DNA of 64,000 bases from Eledone cirrhosa (lineage: Eukaryota), in the NCBI GenBank assembly GCA_964016885.1, contig OZ024740.1:291400001-291464000 (forward strand), read 5' to 3'. The translations under genes and the position numbers were made by a program. Below are positions 23,845 through 36,200 of the stretch, one piece after another. Within the stretch, counting starts at the first letter, position 1. The number at the start of each line of letters is the position of its first letter. The notes beneath the pieces are model-generated. The model saw only the letters and a program-made list of their open reading frames with translations. It did not search any database and was not told the DNA's origin.

Positions 23845-25858
23845 ATCTTCTGTTAATGACAATAGTTGTTCCTGTACATCATGTCAAACTATCTTGTTAA
23901 TGACAGTAGTTCCTGTACATCATGTCAAACTAATTTCTGTTAATGACAGTAGTTGTTCCTGTACATCATATCAAACTATCTTTTGTTAATGACAGTAGTT
24001 GTTCCTGTACATCATGTCAATCTTTCTTTTGTTAATGACAATAGTTGTTCCTGTACATCATGTCAATCTTCCTTTTGTTAATGACAATAGTTGTTCCTTT
24101 ACATCATGTCAAACTATCTTCTGTTAATGACAGTACCTGTTCCTGTACATCATGTCAAAATATCTTCTGTTAAAGACATTAGTTGTTCCTGTACATCATG
24201 TCAAACTATCTTCTGTTAAGACAGTAATTGTTCCTGTACATTATGTCAAAATATCTTATGTTAATGACATTAGTTGTTCCTGTACATCATGCCAAAATAT
24301 TTTCTGTTAATGACATTAGTTGTTCCCCATATACATCATGTCAATCTATCTTCTGTTAATGACAGTAGTTGTTCCTGTACATCATGTCAAACTATCTTCT
24401 GTTAATGACATTAGTTGTTCCTCATATACATCATGTCAAAATATCTTCTGTTAATGACAGTAATTGTTCCTGTACATCATGTCAAACTATCTGTTATTGA
24501 CAGTAGTTGTTCCTGTACATTATGTCAAACTATCTTCTGTTAATGACAGTAGTTGTTCCTCATATACATCATGTCAAACTATCTACTGTTAATGACAGTA
24601 GTTGTTCCTGTGCACCATGTCAAATTATCTTCTGTTAATGACAGTCGTTGTTCCTGTACATCATGTCAAAATATCTTCTTTGAATGACAGTAGTTGTTCC
24701 TGTAAATCATGTCAAAATATCTTTTGTTAATGACAGTCGTTGTTCCTGTACATCATGTCAAACTATCTCCTGTGAATAATAGTTGTTCCTGTACATCATG
24801 TCAAACTATCTTTTGTTAATGACAAGGGTTGTTCCTGTACATGACGTCAAAATATCTTCTGTTAATGACAGTAGTTGTTCCTGTACATCATGTCAATCTA
24901 TCTTCTGTTAATGACAGTAGTTGTTCCTGTACATCATGTCAAACTATCTGTTATTGACAGTAGTTGTTCCTGTACATCATGTCAAACTATCTTCTGTTAA
25001 TGACAGTAGTTGTTCCTCATATACATCATGTCAAACTATCTTCTGTTAATGACATTAGTTGTTCCTCATATACATCATGTCAAAATATCTTCTGTTAATG
25101 ACAGTAGTTGTTCCTTTACATCATGTCAAAATATTTTCTGTTAATGACAGTAGTTGTTCCTGTACATTATGTCAAACTATCTTCTGTTAATGACATAAGT
25201 TGTTCCTGTACATCATGTCAAACTACCTTTTGTTAATGACAGTTGTTGTTCCTGTACATCATGTCAAACTACCTTTTGTTAATGACAGTAGTTGTTCCTG
25301 TACCTCATGTCAAACTATCTTCTGTTAATGACAGTAGTTGTTCCTGTACATCATGTCAAACTACCTTTTGTTAATGACAGTAGTTGTTCCTGTACATCAT
25401 GTCAAACTATCTTCTGTTAATGACATTAGTTGTTCCTGTACATCATGTCAAAATATCTTCTGTTAATGACAGTAGTTGTTCCTGTACATCATGTTAAACT
25501 ATCTTCTGTTAATGACGGTAGTTGTTCCTGTACATTATGTCAAAATATCTTCTGTTAATGACAGTAGTTGTTCCTGTACATCATGTCAAACTATCTTCTG
25601 TTAATGACATTAGTTGTTCCTGTACATCATGTCAAAATATCTTCTGTTAATGACAGTAGTTGTTCCTGTACATCATGTGAAACTATCTTCTGTTAATGAC
25701 AGTAGTTGTTCCTGTACGCCATGTCAAACTATCTTCTGTTAATGACAGTAGTTGTTCCTGTACATCATGTCAAACTATCTTCTGTTAATGACAGTAGTTG
25801 TTCCTGTACGCCATGTCAAACTAACTTCTCTTAATGACAGTAATTGTTCCTCATATAC

Positions 25859-28800
25859 CTCCACACTTCTATTTCGTATCCAGTCCAAATAGCCAATCTA
25901 TTGCTAAAACAAATCTGCATTTTTTGTTATCATTAATTGTTAGATACGAGAGTCTTTGTCGTATTGAACAGAACCAATCTTGTATTTTTGTTAATCGCTT
26001 GTTAAATACAAGGACCCCATTCAATCATTACCTTCTAGCTAGCTACCCAACACCCCTCCCTTCCTCCCCCACGCACCACCATTGTTATTACGTGGACCAA
26101 TCATAAGCCAGAGCTCCCACGCATCACCATTATTATTATTACGCGGACCAATCATAAGCCAGAGGCCTATACTATCGCTTGCCTGGTTGCCTTTCGATAT
26201 ATGATGGATGGATGGACTGCGGAATCCTGGAGAGTGGAGGAGAGAGAAAAATCTGGACGCTCAGCGACAATGCCAAAGATAAAGACAAATTCACCTCGTG
26301 GACGAGAATGCGAGCACACCTCATTGTTTCGACCGCGGACGGCTAACATAAACCCCCCCCCCCCCCCCACCGCCCCCAACCCCCAAACGCAATCCAAAAC
26401 TTCAGAGTTGGTACCATAAATGTAGGCACCTTAAAGGTTCGCGCTAACGAGGTTGTAGAAATGCTTGAACGTAAGGAGGTCGATGTTTGTTGTATTCAAG
26501 AGACCAGATGGAGGGGTGGGTCTGCTAGATTCATTGAGGGTAAAAAACGATGTTATAAGCTTTTCTGGGCGGGAAACGACGATGGGCTAGGTGGAGTAGG
26601 AATCATGGTAGCAGAAAAGTGGGCAGATAAGATAATAGACGTAAATAGAGTGAACGACGGAATAATTAAAATAAGACTTGTCCTCAATAGAACGACGGTG
26701 ACAGTAATATCTGCGTACGCACCCCAATCCGGACTGCCTGGCACTATAAAAGACAGATTCTATGAGACACTGATGCTCACTACCTCCCAAATAACCGACA
26801 GTGACTATATAATTATCGCAGGCGACCTAAATGGTCACGTTGGACAACATTGTGACGGCTACGACGAAATCCATGGAGGCTATGGGTTTGGTACTAGAAA
26901 TGAGGAAGGCTCCAGAATCCTGGAATTCTGTGACGCAAATAACCTAACTATCTGTAACACTAACTTCAAAAAACGTGACAATCACCTGATCACCTATAGA
27001 TCCGGGGAACACACAAGCCAGGTAGATTATATCCTTACCAGAAGACGTGACAGAGTGTCTGTTGTAAACACTAAATCCCTCCCCCATGAAGAATGCACCT
27101 CCCAACATAGACTGATAATTAGCGACCTCATAGTCAGGACGAGACGTACTCGACAGCAGAAGAGGACTATCCTCAGGAGAAAAATATGGAAGCTAAAGGA
27201 CCCCACAGCCAGAAATAAATTTCAAAGCATATTACTTGATGCTTTCGACAGTAAGGAAGAGCATTTAGAGTCGGACAATATAGAGGGACAGTGGGAATTT
27301 CTGAAAGCAAACCTCCTGATGGCGACAGACGAAGTCTGTGGCTGGAGCAGGCCTGTAGACAGGAGGAGAGTAACATGGTGGTGGAACAGTAGGGTGGAGG
27401 GGTCAATTAAGGCCAAAAAGCAGGCTTGGAAAGTATGGCGGGATGGGGGAAGTAGAGAAGACTATCAAGTGGCCAGGAGGGAGGCGAGGAGACAAGTGTA
27501 CTTCGCAAGAAGGGAAGCAGAGGAAAGAAAGTTCAAGCATGTTCTACAACGCGAGGACCAAAAACGTGAGGTGTTCAGGATTGCTAGGCAATGTGTCAAG
27601 GAAAACCGTGATATTGTCGGGGAGAAGTGTGTACTTAATGATGACGGCGTACTTGCCATCACCGACGCTGATAAGAAGGTAGCTTGGAAGTGCCACTATG
27701 AAAGGCTACTAAATGAGGAGAATAAATGGGAGAAAGACAGTCTCCCCCACATCGACCCAATAGAGGGACCAGCAGTGTTAGTCGAGGGTAGTATAATAAG
27801 TAAGGCAATCAAGGATATGAAGACGGGTAAGGCGGCTGGGCCTTCGGAAATAGTTGCTGAGATGCTGAAGGCATCTGGCTCGGTGGGACACACCTTGGTC
27901 ACCCGGATAGTTAACCAAGTCATACAGAATGGGGTTGTTCCGAAGGACTGGCAAAGCAGCATCATCGTTAACTGTTATAAGGGTAAAGGAGATGCCCTAG
28001 ATAGGAGTAACTATAGAGGCATTAAACTAATCGACCAGGTGATGAAGGTCACGGAAAAAGTAATAGCGCAACTAATCAGAGAGAGAATTGACCTAGATGA
28101 AATGCAGTTCGGGTTTGTGTCAGGCAAAAGTACCACAGACGCTCTTTTCATTGTACGTTAACTACAGGAGAAGTACCTAGCTAAAGGTAAACTCCTCTAC
28201 TTAGCTTTTGTCGACTTGGAGAAAGCCTTCGTCAGAGTCCCCCGTTCCATTATCTGGTGGGCCCTTAGAAAACTAGGTGTCGACGAATGGCTTGTGAGAG
28301 CTATACAAGCCATGTATAAAGAAACAGTCAGCAAGGTTAGAATTAACGAATATAGTGAAGAGTTTAGAGTAAAAGTTGGCATCCATTAGGGCTCTGTTCT
28401 CAGCCCCCTACTATTTATTATTGCCCTTCAGGCTATAACAGAGGAGTTCAAGACCGGCTGCCCATGGGAACTCCTATACGCAGACGACCTGACACTCATA
28501 GCTGAATCAATGGCCGAGTTAGAGAAGAAATTCCAAACATGGAAGCACGGCCTAGAATCAAAAGGCCTTAAAATTAACCTGGCTAAGACTAAAGTTCTAG
28601 TTTGTAGGAAAGAAAATAAGGCGGCGGTCCCTTCCGGGAAATGGCCATGCTCAGTGTGTAGGAAAGGCGTAGGTAGAAACTCCATTTTATGTCCCAAATG
28701 CAAAGTATGGGTGCATCAAAGATGTAGTGGGATCACAGGTAAGCTAACTAAGAACATAGATTTCACATGTGGCCGGTGCTCTGGTGCAATAAGTAGCAGC

Positions 28801-29822
28801 GAGTGCCCACAAAATACTAACTCTTTCAATTGCGCAGAGGGCTCTATAGAAATAGTGGACAGCTTCCGTTACCTGGGTGACAAAATCAGCAGTGGGGGAG
28901 GGTGCTCCGAAAATACAGTAGCTAGAGTCAGAACTGGATGGAAAAAGTTCAGAGAGCTTATACCACTATTAGCCGTTAAAGGGTTCTCCCTAAAAATGAA
29001 AGGCAGGTTGTATGATGCCTGCATACGAACAGCAATGTTGCATGGCAGTGAGACCTGGGCATTGTGCGCAGAGGATATACGCAGACTAGAGAGGAACGAA
29101 GCTTGCATGCTCCGCTGGATGTGTAATAGTAATATACGTGAACGGCAAAGCATAAACGAACTAAGGAAAAAATTAGAAATAAGAGGGATCAGATGTTGTT
29201 TACTCGAGAGAAGGCTACGTTGGTATGGACACGTGATGCGCATGAAAGTCGATAGCTGTATAACAAAGTGCAGGGCAATAAAGATAGACGGTAGCCACGG
29301 AATAGGCAGACCTAGAAAATCCTGGGACGAGCTGATAAACTCCGACCTCACACACTTATACCTCTCCAAGACAATGTCACTGGACCAAGATCTTTGGCGG
29401 TACTCAGTAATAGAGAAGACCCGCCTTACCTAAATACATAGTAAAACCTACTACAGCCAGTAGGCATCTCTAACAAAATACACCCCCGTCCCACCACCCA
29501 CACCCCCATCCACACCACCCCCTCCTATGTAAAGTTATGTTGGTGCCACAACATCCAGGCCGAAACAAATGAGATCGTGGAGGTGTCACGACAAAAAAAC
29601 ACACAGTCCACGCTGTAATGTGGCCGTGTAGGCAACACGGTAAAAACCTCCCAGTCCCACACTGTAAATGTGGTTCGTGTTAGGAAGGGCATCCAACTGT
29701 AGAAAACCTGCCAGACAGTCCTATGCGAGCAAGACAATCACTCTTGCCTCAAGTGGGAATACCTCCGTCCAAACCCATCCAAGCGTGGAACACGGACGTT
29801 AAACGTTGATGATGATGATGAT
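25859..29822 (+). mobile_element. Near-full-length RTE-clade LINE (~3.96 kb) inserted in the satellite, (GAT)n tail
   Basis: 5' UTR, one long APE-RT frame, and a 3' UTR ending GGACGTTAAACGTT(GAT)n. It splits a unit as TCATATAC|...|ATACATCATG. Confidence 0.96.
26383..29433 (+). pseudogene. RTE ORF: APE endonuclease - RT - PHD finger insert - C-terminal domain; two nonsense codons
   Basis: RVGTINVGTL, CIQETRW, SAYAPQ, GDLNGHVG, VDYIL, SQHR, SNYRGIKL, QFGF, FVDLEKAF, LLYADD (28471-28488), FRYLG, RLRWYGHV. In-frame TAA 28159-28161 and TAG 28387-28389. Probable frameshift in the poly-C near 26353-26370 joining ORF 26201. Confidence 0.93.
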
Positions 29823-30083
29823 ACATCATGTCAAAATATCTTTTGTTAATGACTAGTTGTTCCTCATATACCTCATGTCAAAATATCTTGTTAATGACAG
29901 TAATTGTTCCTGTACATCATGTCAAACTATCTTCTGTTAATGACATTAGTTGTTGCTGTACATCATGTCAAAATATCTTCTGTTAACGACAGTAGTTGTT
30001 CCTCATAAACATCATATCAAACTATTTTCTGTTAATGACAGTAGTTGTTCCTGTACATCATGTCAAAATATCTTGTTAATGAC

Positions 30084-30253
30084 AGTTTGACATGATGTAC
30101 AGGAACAATTACTGTCATTAACAAGATATTTTGACATGATGTACAGGAACAACTACTGTCATTAACAGAAAATAGTTTGATATGATGTATATGAGGAACA
30201 ACTACTGTCGTTAACAGAAGATATTTTGACATGATGTACAGGAACAATTACTA
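30084..30253 (-). repeat. Inverted satellite segment (~3.5 units), fold-back of the preceding units
   Basis: Its reverse complement reproduces the private variants of 29959-30086 (TTAACGAC, CATATCAAACTATTTTCT, ATATCTTGTTAAT). Confidence 0.95.
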
Positions 30254-33200
30254 TCTTCTGTTAATGACAATAGTTGTTCCTGTACATCATGTCAAACTAT
30301 CTTGTTAATAACAGTAGTTCCTGTACATCATGTCAAACTAATTTCTGTTAATGACAGTAGTTGTTCCTGAACATCATGTCAAACTATCTTCTGTTAATGA
30401 CAGTAACTGTTCCTGTACATCATGTCAAACTATCTTCTGTTAATGACAGTAACTGTTCCTGTACATAATGTCAAAATATCTTCTGTTAATAACAGTAATT
30501 GTTCCTGTACATAATGTCAAAATATCTTCTGTTAATAACAGTAGTTGTTCCTGTACATAATGTCAAATTATCTTCTGTTAATGACAATAGTTCCTGTACA
30601 TCATGTCAAACTATCTTCTGTTAATGACAGTAACTGTTCCTGTACATCATGTCAAAATATCTTCTGTTAATAACAGTAGTTGTTCCTGTACATAATGTCA
30701 AACTATCTTCTGTTAATGACATTAGTTGTTCCTGTACATCATCTCAAACTATCTTCTGTTAATAACAGTAATTGTTCCTGTACATCATGTCAAAATATCT
30801 TTTGTTAATGACAGTAAGTGTTCCTGTACATTCTGTTAATGACAGTAATTGTTCCTGTACATCATGTCAAACTATCTTCTGTTAAGACAGTAATTGTTCC
30901 TGTACATTATGTCAAAATATCTTCTGTTAAAGACATTAGTTGTTCCTGTACATCATGTCAAACTATCTTCTGTTAAGACAGTAATTGTTCCTGTACATTA
31001 TGTCAAAATATCTTATGTTAATGACATTAGTTGTTCCTGTACATCATGTCAAAATATTTTCTGTTAATGACATTTGTTGTTCTTCGTATACATCATGTCA
31101 AACTATCTTTTGTTAATGGCAGTAGTTGTTCCTGTACATCATGTCAAACTATCTTCTGTTAATGACAGTAGTTGCTCCTGTACATCATGTCAAATATCTT
31201 GTTAACGACAGTAGGTGTTCCTGTACATCATGTCAAAATATCTTCTGTTAATGACATTAGTTGTTCCTCATATACATCATGTCAAACTATCTTCTGTTAA
31301 TGACAGTAGTTGTTCCTGTACATCATGTCAATCTATCTTCTGTTAATGACAGTAGTCGTTCCTGTACATCATGTTAAACTATCTTCTGTTAATGACATTT
31401 GTTATTCCTGTACACCATGTCAAACTATCTTCTGTTAATGACAGTAGTTGTTCCTGTACATCATGTCAATCTATCTTCTGTTAATGACAGTAGTTGTTCC
31501 TCATATACATCATGTCAAAATATCTTCTGTTAATGACAGTAGTTGTTCCTGTACATCATGTCAAACTATCTGTTATTGACATTAGTTGTTCCTGTACATC
31601 ATGTCAAACTATCTTCTGTTAATGACAGTAGTTGTTCCTCATATACATCATGTCAAAATATTTTCTGTTAATGACAGTAGTTGTTCCTTTACATCATGTC
31701 AAAATATTTTCTGTTAATGACAGTAGTTGTTACTGTATATCATGTCAAACTATCTTCCGTTAATGACAGTAGTTGTTCCTGTACATCATGTCAAAATATC
31801 TTCTGTTAATGACTAGTTGTTCCTCATATACATCATGTCAAACTATCTTCTGTTAATGACAGTAGTTGTTACTGTACATCATGTCAATCTATCTTATGTT
31901 GATGACAGTAGTTGTTCCTGTACATCATGTCAAATTATCTTCTGTTAATGACAGTAGTTGTTCCTGTACATAATGTCAAACTATCTTCTGTTAATGACAG
32001 TAGTTGTTCCTGTACATCATGTCAAAATATCTTCTGTTGATGACAGTAGTTGTTCCTCATATACATCATGTCAAAATATCTTCTGTTAATGACAGTAGTT
32101 GTTCCTCATATACATCATGTCAAACTATCTTCTGTTAATGACAATAGTTGTTACTGTACATCATGTCAATCTATCTTCTGTTGATGACAGTAGTTGTTCC
32201 TGTACATCATGTCAAACTATCTTCTGTTAATGACAGTAGTTGTTCCTGTACATCATGTCAAACTATCTTCTGTTAATGACAGTAGTTGTTCCTGTACATA
32301 ATGTCAAAATAACTTCTGTTAATGACAGTAGTTGTTCCTGTACATCATGTCAAACTATCTTCTGTTAATGACAGTAGTTGTTCCTGTACATAATGTCAAA
32401 CTATCTTCTGTTAATGACAGTAGTTGTTCCTGTACATCATGTCAAACTATCTTCTGTTAATGACAGTAGTTGTTCCTGTACATCATGTCAAACTATCTTC
32501 TGTTAATGACAGTAGTTGTTCCTGTACATAATGTCAAACTATCTTCTGTTAATGACAGTAGTTGTTCCTGTACATCATGTCAAAATATCTTCTGTTAATG
32601 ACAGTAGTTGTTCCTCATATACATCATGTCAAAATATCTTCTGTTAATGACAGTAGTTGTTCCTGTACATCATGTCAAACTATCTGTTAATGACATTAGT
32701 TGTTCCTGTACATCATGTCAAACTATCTTCTGTTATTGACAGTAGTTGTTCCTCATATACATCATGTCAAAATATCTTCTGTTAATGACAGTAGTTGTTC
32801 CTTTACATCATGTCAAAATATTTTCTGTTAATGACATAAGTTGTTCCTGTACAACATGTCAAACTACCTTTTGTTAATGACAGTAGTTGTTCCTGTATAT
32901 CATGTCAAACTATCTTCCGTTAATGACAGTAGTTGTTCCTGTACATCATGTCAAAATATCTTCTGTTAATGACAGTAGTTGTTCCTCATATACATCATGT
33001 CAAACTATCTTCTGTTAATGACAGTAGTTGTTCCTGTACATCATGTCAAAATATCTTCTGTTGATGACAGTAGTTGTTCCTCATATATATCATGTCAAAA
33101 TATCTTCTGTTAATGACAGTAGTTGTTCCTCATATACATCATGTCAAACTATCTTCTGTTAATGACAGTAGTTGTTACTGTACATCATGTCAATATATCT

Positions 33201-36200
33201 TCTGTTGATGACAGTAGTTGTTCCTGTACATCATGTCAAACTATCTTCTGTTAATGACAGTAGTTGTTCCTGTACATCATGTCAAACTATCTTCTGTTAA
33301 TGACAGTAGTTGTTCCTGTACATAATGTCAAACTATCTTCTGTTAATGACAGTAGTTGTTCCTGTACATCATGTCAAACTATCTTCTGTTAATGACAGTA
33401 GTTGTTCCTGTACATAATGTCAAACTATCTTCTGTTAATGACAGTAGTTGTACCTGTACATCATGTCAAAATATCTTCTGTTGATGACAGTAGTTGTTCC
33501 TCATATACATCATGTCAAAATATCTTTTATTAATGACAATAGTTGTTCCTGTACATCATGTCAAACTATCTTCTGTTAATGACAGTAACTGTTCCTGTAC
33601 ATCATGTCAAAATATCTTCTGTTAATAACAGTAGTTGTTCCTGTACATAATGTCAAACTATCTTCTGTTAATGACAGTAGTTGTTCCTGTACATCATCTC
33701 AAACTATCTTCTGTTAATAACAGTAATTGTTCCTGTACATCATGTCAAAATATCTTTTGTTAATGGCAGTAAGTGTTCCTGTACATTCTGTTAATGACAG
33801 TAGTTGTTCCTGTACATCATGTCAAAATATCTTCTGTTAATGACTAGTTGTTCCTCATATACATCATGTCAAACTATCTTCTGTTAATGACAGTAGTTGT
33901 TACTGTACATCATGTCAATCTATCTTATGTTGATGACAGTAGTTGTTCCTGTACATCATGTCAAATTATCTTCTGTTAATGACAGTAGTTGTTCCTGTAC
34001 ATAATGTCAAACTATCTTCTGTTAATGACAGTAGTTGTTCCTGTACATCATGTCAAAATATCTTCTGTTGATGACAGTAGTTGTTCCTCATATACATCAT
34101 GTCAAAATATCTTCTGTTAATGACAGTAGTTGTTCCTCATATACATCATGTCAAACTATCTTCTGTTAATGACAATAGTTGTTACTGTACATCATGTCAA
34201 TCTATCTTCTGTTGATGACAGTAGTTGTTCCTGTACATCATGTCAAACTATCTTCTGTTAATGACAGTAGTTGTTCCTGTACATCATGTCAAACTATCTT
34301 CTGTTAATGACAGTAGTTGTTCCTGTACATAATGTCAAAATAACTTCTGTTAATGACAGTAGTTGTTCCTGTACATCATGTCAAACTATCTTCTGTTAAT
34401 GACAGTAGTTGTTCCTGTACATAATGTCAAACTATCTTCTGTTAATGACAGTAGTTGTTCCTGTACATCATGTCAAACTATCTTCTGTTAATGACAGTAG
34501 TTGTTCCTGTACATCATGTCAAACTATCTTCTGTTAATGACAGTAGTTGTTCCTGTACATAATGTCAAACTATCTTCTGTTAATGACAGTAGTTGTTCCT
34601 GTACATCATGTCAAAATATCTTCTGTTAATGACAGTAGTTGTTCCTCATATACATCATGTCAAAATATCTTCTGTTAATGACAGTAGTTGTTCCTGTACA
34701 TCATGTCAAACTATCTGTTAATGACATTAGTTGTTCCTGTACATCATGTCAAACTATCTTCTGTTATTGACAGTAGTTGTTCCTCATATACATCATGTCA
34801 AAATATCTTCTGTTAATGACAGTAGTTGTTCCTTTACATCATGTCAAAATATTTTCTGTTAATGACATAAGTTGTTCCTGTACAACATGTCAAACTACCT
34901 TTTGTTAATGACAGTAGTTGTTCCTGTATATCATGTCAAACTATCTTCCGTTAATGACAGTAGTTGTTCCTGTACATCATGTCAAAATATCTTCTGTTAA
35001 TGACAGTAGTTGTTCCTCATATACATCATGTCAAACTATCTTCTGTTAATGACAGTAGTTGTTCCTGTACATCATGTCAAAATATCTTCTGTTGATGACA
35101 GTAGTTGTTCCTCATATATATCATGTCAAAATATCTTCTGTTAATGACAGTAGTTGTTCCTCATATACATCATGTCAAACTATCTTCTGTTAATGACAGT
35201 AGTTGTTACTGTACATCATGTCAATATATCTTCTGTTGATGACAGTAGTTGTTCCTGTACATCATGTCAAACTATCTTCTGTTAATGACAGTAGTTGTTC
35301 CTGTACATCATGTCAAACTATCTTCTGTTAATGACAGTAGTTGTTCCTGTACATAATGTCAAACTATCTTCTGTTAATGACAGTAGTTGTTCCTGTACAT
35401 CATGTCAAACTATCTTCTGTTAATGACAGTAGTTGTTCCTGTACATAATGTCAAACTATCTTCTGTTAATGACAGTAGTTGTACCTGTACATCATGTCAA
35501 AATATCTTCTGTTGATGACAGTAGTTGTTCCTCATATACATCATGTCAAAATATCTTTTATTAATGACAATAGTTGTTCCTGTACATCATGTCAAACTAT
35601 CTTCTGTTAATGACAGTAACTGTTCCTGTACATCATGTCAAAATATCTTCTGTTAATAACAGTAGTTGTTCCTGTACATAATGTCAAACTATCTTCTGTT
35701 AATGACAGTAGTTGTTCCTGTACATCATCTCAAACTATCTTCTGTTAATAACAGTAATTGTTCCTGTACATCATGTCAAAATATCTTTTGTTAATGGCAG
35801 TAAGTGTTCCTGTACATTCTGTTAATGACAGTAATTGTTTCTGTACATCATGTCAAACTATCTTCTGTTAATGACAGTAACTGTTCCTGTACATCATGTC
35901 AAAATATCTTCTGTTAATAACAGTAGTTGTTCCTGTACATTATGTCAAAATATCTTCTGTTAAAGACATTAGTTGTTCCTGTACATCATGTCAAACTATC
36001 TTCTGTTAAGACAGTAATTGTTCCTGTACATTATGTCAAAATATCTTATGTTAATGACATTAGTTGTTCCTGTACATCATGTCAAAATATTTTCTGTTAA
36101 TGACATTTGTTGTTCTTCATATACATCATGTCAAACTATCTTCTGTTAATGACTGTAGTTGCTCCTGTACATCATGTCAAATATCTTGTTAACGACAGTA

